NCBI GenBank assembly: GCA_918797485.1 | Contig: CAKKNE010000002.1 | Coordinates: 1 to 64,000 of the forward strand | Length of the DNA: 64,000 nt | Source of the DNA: Pelagomonas calceolata | Taxonomy: Eukaryota | Direction: 5' to 3' | In this document: piece by piece, positions 1-10,910 of the stretch | Layout: each line of letters starts with the position of its first letter | How positions within the stretch are numbered: the stretch's first letter is position 1 | Position numbers and translations under genes: made by a program | Notes under the pieces: model-generated | Database searches by the model: none | What the model was told of the DNA's origin: nothing | Seen by the model: the letters and a program-made list of their open reading frames with translations, nothing else

Positions 1-231
1 TAACCCTAACCCTAACCCTAACCCTAACCCTAACCCTAACCCTAACCCTAACCCTAACCCTAACCCTAACCCTAACCCTAACCCTAACCCTAACCCTAAC
101 CCTAACCCTAACCCTAACCCTAACCCTAACCCTAACCCTAACCCTAACCCTAACCCTAACCCTAACCCTAACCCTAACCCTAACCCCAACCCTAACCCAA
201 CCCTAACCCAACCCTAACCCAACCCTAACCC
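1..231 (+). repeat. Telomere, (CCCTAA)n, i.e. TTAGGG type
   Basis: Perfect CCCTAA hexamers from 1 to about 184, then CCCCAA/CCCAA variant units interleaved up to 231. Confidence 0.99.
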
Positions 232-730
232 GCGCTCCTGCCACCAAAGACTACCCACAACCTCAATCCTGATTCCTAGCACTAACATTCAGCCCCAGGG
301 CCCTTCGGGCCCTGGGGCCAGGGCCCTTCGGGCCCTGCCTGGGGAGCGGGCCCGAACCCTAACCCTATGTCCCGCACCAGCCACCAAAGACTCCCCACAA
401 CCTCAATCCTGACACAGAACACTAACATCCAGCCCCAGGGCCTTCGGCCCTGGGGCCAGGGCCCTTCGGGCCCTGCCCGGGTAGCGGGCCCGAACCCTAA
501 CCCTATAGATCTAGATAGATGTCCTGCATCAGCCACCAAAGACTCCCCACAACCTCAATCCTGACACAGAACACTAACATCCAGCCCCAGGGCCTTCGGC
601 CCTGGGGCCAGGGCCCTTCGGGCCCTGCCCGGGGAGCGGGCCCGAACCCTAACCCTACGTCCCGCACCAGCCACCAAAGACTCCCCACAACCAATCCTGA
701 CAGAACACTAACATCCAGCCCCAGGGCCGG
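232..730. repeat. Subtelomeric tandem repeat, about 140-150 bp unit, about 3.5 copies
   Basis: CCACCAAAGACT recurs at 241, 381, 533 and 671. The full units contain GGGCCCTTCGGGCCC and an embedded AACCCTAACCCT. Confidence 0.95.
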
Positions 731-819
731 CCCTTCGCCCTGCCCGAATAGGAATTAACTGTTACATTAAGTATAGTAGTAATAGTACGAGTCACACAAT
801 ACTTATTTCCCTTGAGTCA

Positions 820-1808
820 TCACGCTGCCTGGCAGAGTCGCCGCGGCGGCGCGGGCGCCGCGGCATACCCTGCTTTGGCGAGGCGCCGATTAATTCCGTC
901 CTCGTGGGCGAGCCCGACGACGGCGACGACGCGCTGCGGCGCGGACCGCGGCTGCTCCGAGAGCCGCGACAGAAGGCTCTGCGTCATGTACTCGTCTCGC
1001 TCGTCGACGAGCGCAGAGTATATATTCGGCAGCGATTCCCGGAGATCATTGACCAGTTCTTTCACCGTCGATCTCGTCTTGATCGTTTCGATGGCGCCCG
1101 TCACTGAATTTTTGTCGCCTAGATCCACGGGCTCGGCCATCCCGCTTATGGTCGTCGCGAGGGCCTCGAACCGTTCAAAGTCTTGAGACCTGCGCAGAAA
1201 ACGATCTGAAGTGCCGCGTAATATGATTTGTGCGCCGCTTGCGACGACGTCTGCTGAATCGCGGCCGAGAGCCGTCGGAGCGTTTCGTCGACGTCCCTAT
1301 CGGCGAGGAGTATCTGAATATTATTCTCTCGCGCTTTTGTCAGCGCCACGGAGAATTCCCTTCCGGAATTCAAGCCGAGGTCGTCGAGGCTTTTGTAGAG
1401 GCTCGACAGCAGAGAGCCGACGACCCACGCACCAGTGCGCTCGAGCAGCGATGGGCGACGCGGTGGCTGTGGCGTGCTCGCACTACTGGCGGCGGCCGGC
1501 GCGCCCTTGAGTCGCTTCCGGTCGAGCTCGAGCATGACGAGTGTTGGCTGCACCGCGTCAATGGTTTGCGCGACGAGCTCTGCCGACTTTTCGGACACGT
1601 GTGCAGTGCCAACGATGTAGACCTGGCGATTGCCATTGCTCCACACAGCGACGGCGTCGTCGCACGCGGGCGGCACCGCGACGGCGGGGCGCGCGCGCGT
1701 ACCCAGCGCTGCAGCAGTAGCAATGGCCCCGAGGTCTCGCCTTTTCAGGACGCGTTGTGAGCTGTGGAGCGCGCGGACGAGTGCGACATGGCAGAGGATC
1801 AGGCGCAT
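820..1808 (-). CDS. TraB/TRABD-family protein, 2 exons (intron 1190-1245), 310 aa
   Basis: Motifs VGTAHVS, VMLELD, GREF..A, LADRD, LVDERD.YM and VAVVGLAH. Removing the 56-nt GT-AG intron joins the two ORFs in frame (563+370 nt). Confidence 0.85.
1190..1245 (-). mobile_element. Introner-type intron
   Basis: Sense strand: TSD GTCGCAAG vs GTCTCAAG (7/8). The element ends are CGGCGCACAAAT and TTTTCTGCGCAG. Confidence 0.7.
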
Positions 1809-1877
1809 ATTTTGATGCCACGTGCCGCAGCGGTCGCGACGCTGCGTCTACCGCCGTAGGCGATTAATGGTGGTCTA

Positions 1878-3731
1878 TTGCTACCGGTTTGCAGCCTTAC
1901 TGGTACGTTTGGCCGCTCACGCGCTGGAACCCGCACCGCTGGCCTGGTGCCAGTCTGGGCCGAGCCTGGGCCCGCAGCGGTGCGAACATTGCGTGTAGCG
2001 CTCACCCGGCGACGGCATCGATCAATAGAGCAGCGCTGCACATTGTTTGTGCGCAAGGCAGTGCTGTGGCTCTGCATCACCAATTGCGCACACGCCGCAC
2101 AAAAGGCGCATGTCGCGGCACGCGTGCTCTGCTGCGCGATCGGCTGCGCGCCCGTTCATTGTCACGCCGCGCCGCTGCCGATCGTGGAGGAAGCCGTCGA
2201 CGCGTTGCGCAGTCGCGGCTCGGCACTCACGACGCAGCAGCAGGTCGCGGCCGCGGATGCGCTGCTAAAGGCCGCCGACGCGTACGGCGGCGTCGTGTCG
2301 CTCGAGCGCTCGAACGTAGCTACGGCGCTCGGCAATGCGCCGTCGCGCGGCGTCGTGCTCGTCAAGGACTCGAACGTGCGCGGCGTGCTGACCGTCACGG
2401 CGCTCGAACAAACGTCACCGCTCTTTGCGGGCGGCCTGCGCGTCGGCGATCGCGTCGTCGCAGTCGACGGCCGCCCTGTCGCCGACGCCGCGTCCGCGCG
2501 CGCGGCCGCCGAGTCGGTCCGCGCCGCGTCGGTTCTGCGAGTCGAGCGCGGCTCCCGCAAGTTTGACGTCGACGCGACCACGACGCCACAGGCGGCCGCT
2601 GTTTTGCGTTCGCCGGCGGCGACTGCCGTCGACGTCGACGGAGTCATAGTGCTACGCGTCGCCTCGTTCACCGACGGCGTCCGCGACGAATCGGCGAGGG
2701 CGATCCGAGCCGTTGCCGCTGGCCGCAAGAGCGCTCCGTACGTCATCGACGTGCGGTCGAACCCCGGGGGGTTCGCCGACGAGGCCGCCGCCACGTTTGG
2801 CCTCTTCGCGCCGGCGGCTACGCCGTTCGCCACGGCCGTCGGACCAAATGGAGCCGTCGCCGCTAAGTACGTCGCATCGGCGCCTCCAACGGAGCTGGCC
2901 GTGCCGGCGCCGACCGCTCTCGCGGTGCTTGTTGACGAAGACACGCGCTCGGCCGCCGAGCTCTTCGCCGCGGCCGTGCGTGCGCAGGGCGGCACCGTCG
3001 TTGGCCAGACGACCTTTGGGAAAAGAAGTGCCCAGAGCTTAGTGCCGCTGCGGGCCGCTCCGAACTACGCGGTCCGCATGACGACCGCACGAACGGTTGA
3101 CGCTACGGGCGCCGACGTCGACGGCATGGGCGTCGCGCCCGACTTGGCCGCTGGCACACCGAGCAGCGCGCTCGACGAGCTACTACTGCGTCGCGGCGCC
3201 TTTTTCGACTTTGCGACGTACTTTGATCGATTGAATCCGGGGCTCGACGATGCGAAAGTCGAGACGGTCCTGTCGCGCGACGGCGCGAAGCTGTGGCGAA
3301 GTTTTGTGAAATCGTGGAACGGAGGCATCGACGACGACGACGCGCTGCCCGACTACCCGTCGAGTGTGCAAACGGCAGCCGCGCGAGCCGCGCAAAAGCA
3401 ATTGACGCGGGAGCTCGTGGCCGACGCTACTTCCAGGCGCACCCTACCGCCGCGCGCCGTCGAGGCAGTCCTGGCGCGGAGAGGAGCGATCCCATCGCGC
3501 GCCGCGACGGCCGGCGACGACGAAGCGTTGCGGCTCGCGCTCGACGTCGTCCGACCGCGGGACGGCTTGTCCGCAGCGAGACTCGCCCGACTCGACGCGT
3601 CGAGGGCGGCCGCGTCGGACCGACCACCCGCGAGGACGTCCCAAACGGTCGTGGGCTTCGACCCCGACGCCGAGTGCCTGCCGCTGCAGACGTGCGACGC
3701 GCGGCGCTACGTGTATGTTGTTGAACCCTAG
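1878..3731 (+). CDS. C-terminal processing peptidase (S41, CtpA-like) with a PDZ domain; start uncertain
   Basis: PDZ-like GLRVGDRVVAVDG; DVRSNPGG; LVDEDTRSAAELFA (catalytic Ser); VVGQTTFGK (Lys). No in-frame ATG near the 5' end. Confidence 0.8.
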   Translation: MLPVCSLTGTFGRSRAGTRTAGLVPVWAEPGPAAVRTLRVALTRRRHRSIEQRCTLFVRKAVLWLCITNCAHAAQKAHVAARVLCCAIGCAPVHCHAAPLPIVEEAVDALRSRGSALTTQQQVAAADALLKAADAYGGVVSLERSNVATALGNAPSRGVVLVKDSNVRGVLTVTALEQTSPLFAGGLRVGDRVVAVDGRPVADAASARAAAESVRAASVLRVERGSRKFDVDATTTPQAAAVLRSPAATAVDVDGVIVLRVASFTDGVRDESARAIRAVAAGRKSAPYVIDVRSNPGGFADEAAATFGLFAPAATPFATAVGPNGAVAAKYVASAPPTELAVPAPTALAVLVDEDTRSAAELFAAAVRAQGGTVVGQTTFGKRSAQSLVPLRAAPNYAVRMTTARTVDATGADVDGMGVAPDLAAGTPSSALDELLLRRGAFFDFATYFDRLNPGLDDAKVETVLSRDGAKLWRSFVKSWNGGIDDDDALPDYPSSVQTAAARAAQKQLTRELVADATSRRTLPPRAVEAVLARRGAIPSRAATAGDDEALRLALDVVRPRDGLSAARLARLDASRAAASDRPPARTSQTVVGFDPDAECLPLQTCDARRYVYVVEP

Positions 3732-4030
3732 ACCAAGGGGTGTTTTGTAAATTATACTGTTTTAAGTCTGCTTCTTGCTTCTTACTACGCAGTCCGCACG
3801 ATGGCCGCTTTGGCTTGTTTGCTAGTGTCTTACGTGCCGCTAGCTCACATTAATAATTGGCCTTAGAGTCGCCGCAAAAGCCTCGCGCCGCGCGGCTCCT
3901 TGGCAGAAAAGCCGTGGACAAGAGAAATCTGCAAGCTGCGCAGCCGTGCGTCACGACCTGTGCTTAACCAGGCCGCTCGCCCGAGACCGCCCAACACCAG
4001 CCCGCGGCGACAGGCGCCGCCTGAGCCGCC

Positions 4031-5098
4031 ATGGCCACGGGCCCCGTCGAGCAGCGGAACCAGGACGCGACGTGCTACGTGGGCAACCTCGACGAGCAGC
4101 TCACCGAGGAGCTGCTCTGGGAGATGATGCTGCAGGCGGGCCCCGTCTCGAACGTGCACCTGCCGCGCGACAAGGTGACGGGCTCGCACCAGGGCTACGG
4201 CTTCGTCGAGTTCCGGAGCGAGGAGGACGCGGACTACGCGCTCAAGGTCATGAACATGGTCAAGCTCTTCGGCAAGCCGCTGCGCGTGAACAAGGCGTCG
4301 CAGGACCGGCGCGCCGTCGAGGTCGGCGCGAACCTCTTCGTCGGCGGCCTCGACGGCGACGTGGACGAGAAGCTGCTCTACGACACCTTCTCGGCCTTTG
4401 GCACGATCTCCGAGACGCCCAAGGTCATGCGCGACCCCGACACGGGCGGCTCGAAGGGCTACGGCTTCGTGAGCTACGACAGCTTCGAGGCCTCGGACCT
4501 CGCGATCGAGTGCATGCACGGCCAGTTCCTCTGCAACAAGCAGGTCCAGGTCGGCTACGCCTTCAAGCGCGACTCGAAGACCGAGCGCCACGGCTCGCAG
4601 GCGGAGCGGCTGCTCGCGGCGAACAACCCGAACAACGCCGTCCAGCCCCACACCATGTTTGGCACGGGCGCGCCCGCCGTCGCCGGCGCCTTTTCCGCCG
4701 CGCCCGCCATGCCGCCGCCGCCGCAATTCGCCGCCATGGGCGTGCCGCCGCCGCCGCCCGGCGCCTTTGGGGCAATGATCCGCGTGGAACTCTCAACCTT
4801 CACGCCGTTTCTGATGTGACATTTGCTTCCTCCGCAGGCCATGCCCCCGCCGCCGCCGCCGCCGCCGCCCGGCGCCTTCGGGGGCATGCCTCCGCCGCCG
4901 CCGCCGCCGCCGCCGATGGGTTTCCCGGCGGCGCCCGGCGGATTTCCTCCGCCGCCGCCTCCTCCGCCGGGGGCCTTCGGCATGCCCGGTGGCGGGATGA
5001 TGCCTCCGCCGCCGCCGCCGCCGCCGCCGCCACCGATGATGGCGCCGCCGCCGCCGCCACCACCTCCACCGCCGCCGCCGCCGCCGCCGCCGATGTAG
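4031..5098 (+). CDS. SF3B4: Splicing factor 3B subunit 4 (two RRMs, Pro-rich tail); GC-AG intron 4772-4837
   Basis: [65 protein letters not shown] and ERHGS.AERLLAA. Confidence 0.95.
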
Positions 5099-5484
5099 TG
5101 CGTGCGGCCGTTTTAAAATTATTTGGCTGCTCTTGGGGTACCCGTCGCATCTCCCGTCGCCTCGGCGTTTGTTCCGCGGCGAACCCCGACTGTATCCGTC
5201 TGGCTGCGGCGTCAGAGCTCGAGAAAGACGCTTATGCGTGGCTGTTCGCTGCAGCAGCTAGCCCCCATGGGCCCCAGCCGATCCGGTTGTAGCTAGCGGC
5301 TGTAAGACGCTAGCAAGCACAGCAAGCAACTCGCTCTGCATTGATGACGGTCTGGACGTGCTCCTAGGCGACCAGGAACGCTTAGTCATGGCGTAGCCAA
5401 CCACCCGAATCCACAAGGCTCGTCGCCACCGGCGTTGAGGCATAGCCAACCACCGAGTTCCGTCGCCACCGGCGAAGGCACCCA

Positions 5485-8388
5485 ATGGCCGAGCAGCACG
5501 ATGAAGTAGAGGCCATCGCTGCGGCCTTGGCCTCAGATCCGCGCGCACTCGAGGCCTACAACAGCGCGTCGCCGGCGCACCTCTTGGACTTGCTCGCGCG
5601 CGCGTGCGCTGCGGGCCGCGCCGACGTCTCGGTCTTCGCGTCCTCGGCCCTCCTCGCGGCGGCGAGGCGAGGCGCGCTGCCGCACGAGCACTGGGAGACG
5701 GCGCTTTCCGTATGCGCCGCGCCGAACTGTGCGGAGGCCGCGCGGTCGCAGTGCGCGCGCGCGCTCGCGGCGGCGGCGGCGCGCTCGCCCACGGCCCTCG
5801 ACGACGCGTTGGCGCTCGGCCAACGCGGCGGCATCGCGTGCTGGACGGCGCTCGCGACGGAGTGTCCCCACCGCGGCGGCGACGGCGCGACGCGCTGGGC
5901 GAACGTGGCGGCGGCGGCCCTCGACGCGGCCGCCCAGGCCGGCGACACGATCGAGGCCGTCGCGTGCGCGGCGCGCTGGCTCGAGACGGGTGCGTGCCTG
6001 CGGCGCGGCGGCACGGGCGAGCGGCCGGGCGCGTCGCCACTCGGCGCCGGCGGCGGCGCCCTGGCGCGCTCGGTCGGCGCGGCGGCCGCGTCCGGAGACG
6101 CGAGGGCGGCGCGTGCCGCGTGCGAGGTCCTCGAGGCCGCGGCCGCAGCCGGCTCTCTGCGCCCCGGCGACGACGCCGAGCTCGAGGCGCTGGGGGCGGC
6201 GCACGCGCAGGCGCGCTCGTCGACGGCGAACGCGGACCCTGCGGCGACGCGCGCGAGGCGACGGTTCGCGGCGTGCCTGGCCCGCGTCGACGCCGTGGCG
6301 ACGGGCCGCTGCGCGCGGCCCTGGGACGCCGGAGTCCTCGCCGAGGTCGCCGAGGGCTGCGTCGGAACGGACGCCGCCGCGGCCGAGGCCTGCTGCGCGG
6401 CGTGGTCGGCGCTCGTGCTCACGGGCGGCGGCGCGCGGCGGCTCGCGGACCGGCGGCCCGCGCTGCTCGAGCGGACGCGCGACCTCGCGCCGCGGCTCGT
6501 GGCGCGCGTCGTCTGGCCGCGCGGCGGCCTCGCGGACGCGCCCGAGCCGCTCGACGAGGCGGACGACGACGCGAACGCGGCGCTCCACGGCGACGACGCG
6601 GCGGCGCTCCCGGAGAACGCCGGCGCCTGGACCGAGAGCTTGGAGTGGGACGCGTACCGGCGGCTCCGCGACGCGTTCCTCGGCGAATGTCTGCGGTCGA
6701 CGTCCGACGCGCTCGGCGCGGCGCGGTACGTCGAGGCCGTGCTCGCCGGGGCGCGGCGGGTGGATGCAAACGACGCCGACGTGCTCGCGGCGGCGGCGCG
6801 GTGTCTCTCGTTGGCCGGCCCGCTCCTCGCGCGAGGCGCTTCGGACGACGCGGCCGCGTCCACCGCGCTTTCGAACGCGGTGCACGCGTGCGTGGCCGCC
6901 GCCGCCGCGGCGCCGCCGGGTCCGCGCCAGGCGCGGCTCGTCGCCGCGACGGCGCTCCTGCTCGGCGGCGTGCACAAGTGGCTCTGCGACGACGACGCGC
7001 GGCTCACCGAGGCGCTCCAGTTCTTGGCCTACAGCACGCACGTCGTGGGCGGCGCGGGCCACGCCTGCCGCGCGGCGCGCGCCGTGCTCCAGCGCTGCTA
7101 CGCGGCGGCGGTCGTGCGCACGCGCGGCGGCGCCGCGCGGCTCGTCGCGGACGCGGCGCTGCCGGCGCTCGCCGAGGCCGCCGAGGCGAGCACGGCGCCC
7201 CCCGACGGCGCGCGCGCCGCCTTTTACCGCGCGCTCGGCGCCGCGGCGCTCTGGCCGGGCCGCGACGGCGCCGACCACGACACGCGCGCGGCGGCCGTCG
7301 TCGCGCTCGCGGCGCCGGCCGCGGCGCGCCTCGGCGGCGCGGGCGCGGCGCAGGGCCGCGACCTGCGCGTCGTCGCGGCGCTCGTCCGCGAGGCGACGCG
7401 GCACGGCGCCCAGCGCGCCGAGGCGGCCGTCGCCGACGCGACGCTCGGCGCCGTGCGCGCGCGCTGGCACGCGGCGGCCGGCGCCGGCGACGAGCCCGGC
7501 GGCGCGCTCGAGGACTGCGCCGCGGCCTTCGCCGCGGCCGCGGCGCCGCACGTCGTGCTGGGCGTGCTCGAAATCCTCGCGACGGCGCCGTACTGCGACG
7601 GCCGCGCGCTGCGCGTCGTCAGCGAGGTCACGGACCGCTGGGGCGCCCGCGCCGAGGCAGCGCTCGCCGGAAACGGCAACGGCGGCGGCGCGGACGGCGG
7701 CGCGGCCGTCGAGCGCCTCGCCCGCGGCCTCGCCGTCGCCGTGCCGGCCGTCATCGCCGCCGCGCCGGCGGGCGACGAGGCGGGGCGCGCCCTGCTGACC
7801 CTCGCGGCCGCGGCCGCGGCGCACTGCCCCTCCGTCCTCGCCGACGGCGGCGCCGCGCTGCCGGCCGCGCTCGCCGCCGCCGCGCGCGAGCTGCCCCGGC
7901 ACCGCGAGTCGCCGGCGGCCGCGACCGCGGCGTGCGCGCTCCTCACGGCCCTCGGCGCCTTTGCGCCGGACGGCGAGGCCGAGGCCGAGTCCATGGCCGG
8001 GGCCGACAACGCCGCCGGCGCGTCCGCCTCGGCCGTGGCCGCCAAGTCGGCCGCCGTGCGGCGCGCCCGCGCCGCGCCGGCCGTGCGGGCGGCCCTCGGG
8101 CCCGTGGGTCCCGCGCTCGTCGAGCACTGCGTCGCGCCGGCGTTCGAGGCGAGCCCGCCGCTCTTGCCGCGCGACCGCGGGTCGGCCCTGCTCGCGCTGC
8201 ACGCCCTCGCCCCCGACGACGTCGCCGCGCTCGCGGCGACGATCGCCAGCCGCCTCAGGCCGGACCTCGCGCCCGAGCTCGCGGCGGCGCTCGCGCTCGC
8301 GCGCGAAAAGGGGCGCACCGCCGCGCGCCGCCAGCTCATCGCCGTCTTTTCCAAAGCGGCGCTCGACGCACCACCGCCGCCGCCCTGA
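5485..8388 (+). CDS. Large Ala-rich helical-repeat protein, possibly importin-beta/transportin-like
   Basis: 967-aa ATG ORF with host-like GC3 codon use and a helical pattern. The acidic loop followed by AYRRLRDAFL resembles importin-13/TNPO3; the family call is weak. Confidence 0.55.
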   Translation: MAEQHDEVEAIAAALASDPRALEAYNSASPAHLLDLLARACAAGRADVSVFASSALLAAARRGALPHEHWETALSVCAAPNCAEAARSQCARALAAAAARSPTALDDALALGQRGGIACWTALATECPHRGGDGATRWANVAAAALDAAAQAGDTIEAVACAARWLETGACLRRGGTGERPGASPLGAGGGALARSVGAAAASGDARAARAACEVLEAAAAAGSLRPGDDAELEALGAAHAQARSSTANADPAATRARRRFAACLARVDAVATGRCARPWDAGVLAEVAEGCVGTDAAAAEACCAAWSALVLTGGGARRLADRRPALLERTRDLAPRLVARVVWPRGGLADAPEPLDEADDDANAALHGDDAAALPENAGAWTESLEWDAYRRLRDAFLGECLRSTSDALGAARYVEAVLAGARRVDANDADVLAAAARCLSLAGPLLARGASDDAAASTALSNAVHACVAAAAAAPPGPRQARLVAATALLLGGVHKWLCDDDARLTEALQFLAYSTHVVGGAGHACRAARAVLQRCYAAAVVRTRGGAARLVADAALPALAEAAEASTAPPDGARAAFYRALGAAALWPGRDGADHDTRAAAVVALAAPAAARLGGAGAAQGRDLRVVAALVREATRHGAQRAEAAVADATLGAVRARWHAAAGAGDEPGGALEDCAAAFAAAAAPHVVLGVLEILATAPYCDGRALRVVSEVTDRWGARAEAALAGNGNGGGADGGAAVERLARGLAVAVPAVIAAAPAGDEAGRALLTLAAAAAAHCPSVLADGGAALPAALAAAARELPRHRESPAAATAACALLTALGAFAPDGEAEAESMAGADNAAGASASAVAAKSAAVRRARAAPAVRAALGPVGPALVEHCVAPAFEASPPLLPRDRGSALLALHALAPDDVAALAATIASRLRPDLAPELAAALALAREKGRTAARRQLIAVFSKAALDAPPPPP

Positions 8389-8557
8389 CGTTGTGTTCTG
8401 GGCGACTTTAATTAACTAAAAAAGGAAACTTCTACGGTGTTTACATGCCTTAGTACCCGTGTTCCGGCGCGAAAGACCCAGTGCCGCCACCGCCTGGATA
8501 AATGTCCCGTGATGTATGCTGACTGAAACACATCCTATATCCGGGGCGGCAGGAGCT

Positions 8558-9752
8558 TCAAATGGGCCGCTCGCGGTAGCGATTCAGCAGCCGCGCGCCT
8601 CGATACTTGAGCTTCCGCTGCTTCTTGGGCTGGGCGCGTTTGGCGGGGCGATGCGCCGCGGCGAGCGCGGCGTGCAGGTCGGCGACGCCCGTGGCGCGCG
8701 TGGCCTTGTTCGACCGCAGCGCGTCGGTGAGCTCGTCGGCGCGCGCGACGGCCGGCGGCGCCGTCCGCGGCACGGCCTTCGGCGGCCGCGCCTTTTCGCG
8801 CGCCTTGGCGGCTGCCTGCGGTTGGGGTCGCGGTGTGAGATGCGTGGTCGGAAGCGAATTTTCGAACAAGAGAAGAATCCCACGCCGCCAAAAGAACAGC
8901 CTCGGCCTCGCGCTCGTCGAGCTCCCGTCTGAGTCGCTTGAGACCATCAAAGGCTGCGCGCTGGCGTTTGCCCTCGTCCCGCTGGCGCTTTTCAAAGGCC
9001 TGGAGCCGCGCGCGCTTCATGCGGTTGCGCTGCGCGCGCCCTTTCTTGAGCGACCGCGAGGACTTTTGCGGCCGCGCGCCGTCGGCGCCGGTCTCGCCGT
9101 CGTCGTCGCTTTCGCTTGCGCTTTCGCTCTCGCTGTCGCTCTCGGCCTCGTCCTCGTCCTCGCTCACCTGGCGTCGGCGGTCGCGTTCGGCCCACCAGTC
9201 GGTCTCGGCGTCCTCGGCGGCGCGTCGCGCCGCCTCGATGGCTTCCGCCTCGGCGAGGAGCGCGCGGTGGGAGCTCTTCGACGGATTGTAGCTCGCGCCG
9301 GACGCGTCCGCGCCGCCCGCCGCCGCCGCCGCGCTCGCCGCGCGCCGCGGCCGCCGGCGCGCGCGCAGACTTGTAGCAGGCGCGCACCCGTCGGCCGGCG
9401 CGGCCGTCCACTCGTCGGCGGCGCCCGCGTCGGCCGCGTCGCCCCAGAGGTCCTCCATCGGCGGCGCGGCTGCGGCCGCGGCTTTCGGCGCGCGTGCCCC
9501 AGCGTGCGCGGGCCGCGCCTTGCGCCGTTGCTCGAACTTGCGCAGGAGCGCCGACTCCGTCGGCGACGCCGTCGCCACCTTTTTCTTGGCGGCGCGGCGG
9601 GCGCGCTTCGACGCCGTCTCCGTCGCCGCGTCGTCCATGAAGAAGAGGCTGGCGTCGGGGTGTGCGCGCGCGGCCTCGCCAAGCCGCGCCGCAGCGACGG
9701 CTTCGCCTACCGCCCGCTCGCGCCGCTGGCGCTGGCGTTTGGTCGACGGCAT
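8558..9752 (-). CDS. NOP53: Ribosome biogenesis protein NOP53; intron about 8816-8900
   Basis: LFFMD (AIM-like motif), DLW, GASYNPS..SH..LL, an acidic tract and K..AQRNR. Splicing restores a C-terminal L...LR segment. Confidence 0.75.
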
Positions 9753-10121
9753 TTTGTGTGAGAGTTAGGCTCTCAGAGAGCAGCTACGGCCGTGCGCGGA
9801 GCCCGGCGAGCGGCTCCTGTGTCCCGCGCTGGTGCGAGAGGGCTGTGAAATCACGTAAAACGGTGCGGCGTCACCGATGCGCGTCGTGTGCGCTGCAAAA
9901 TGGCACCACTAGCAAAAATCGCCCGACACGGGTTTTCATCGAACTTTGTCAGCGCTTGAAGCAGTTGCAGCGGCTTGCAGAGGCGCCTTGTGCCAGCATT
10001 TATACACCTACGGCAGTAGACGACCGCTGCGACCACTGCGAGCCACGGTTTCGCATCGCTGCGCTGCTGCACAACTGAGCACTTCAGCCTGAAGCAGTGC
10101 TGCCGGGCAACAACACGCACC

Positions 10122-10871
10122 ATGCGTCGCCTCCTCGCCCTGACTACCACAACACTAGTATGCGCCCTCGCTCCGAGCGATACGCGACCATTCCTCACGC
10201 TGCTAGATGGGAGCGGCAGCCAGCGCCTCCCGGCGAGCATGGTGGACCGCTTCCCGACGTGGCTTTTCGATGGGGCCTGGCAACGCGTGCCCGACAGCGA
10301 CGGCTTCGTGAACCCCCATAGCTGTGACGACGTCTGGCATGCTTCAGACCTTCCGGAGCCCGCGCCGCGACTGTGCGTCGGCCTGCACGTGCGCGACGGC
10401 TCCCTTCGGCACGTATTTCCTGCGGTAGACCTCGACGTTGACGGCTACCGGAACCGAGGACTGAAGACGGTGCCGCGTGCGCATCAGTGGCTGGCGTTCA
10501 GCGCGGCGCTGCCGACGGAGCTCAACCTCTACGCCGGTGGGCATAGCTACTCCGCGACGGATACCCTCGGCCGCGTCGTCGAGGCGCTCGCAACCGATGC
10601 GCCCGACGAACTGGGCCAGGGCTCGCATGTCATCCACGCGGTCGTCGAGGGCGCGCCGCCGCTTCCTCCGTTGCTCACGAGCACCGAGGAGCAGGAGGCG
10701 CGCCTCGTCGTCTTCCTGGCCGACGCCCTCTTCGACGCCCGAGACGCTGCCGAAGTCGAGAGAGCTGGCATTCTAGACGTCCTAGTGCTCGAGACGGCCG
10801 CAGGCAGTGCAAGTGAGCACCTGCCAGCAGCCTATGCCGGTCTGTTCGCGGGGAGGTCGTCAGGTGCGTAA
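10122..10871 (+). CDS. Hypothetical protein with N-terminal signal peptide
   Basis: 249-aa ATG ORF, hydrophobic N-terminus, host-like codon use. Confidence 0.7.
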   Translation: MRRLLALTTTTLVCALAPSDTRPFLTLLDGSGSQRLPASMVDRFPTWLFDGAWQRVPDSDGFVNPHSCDDVWHASDLPEPAPRLCVGLHVRDGSLRHVFPAVDLDVDGYRNRGLKTVPRAHQWLAFSAALPTELNLYAGGHSYSATDTLGRVVEALATDAPDELGQGSHVIHAVVEGAPPLPPLLTSTEEQEARLVVFLADALFDARDAAEVERAGILDVLVLETAAGSASEHLPAAYAGLFAGRSSGA

Positions 10872-10910
10872 CAAAGAGAGTAAATTAGAAACAACACACA
10901 CGGATCCAGA

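Noticed and set aside
232..760. Short ORFs and CRISPR-like periodicity in the subtelomere
   Set aside because: Whole units repeat with no unique spacers and no cas genes; the ORFs are translations of the repeat.
5533..8411. Long overlapping Arg/Ala/Gly-rich ORFs in other frames and on the opposite strand, here and throughout the window
   Set aside because: Shadow ORFs expected at very high GC; only one frame per locus has protein-like composition.
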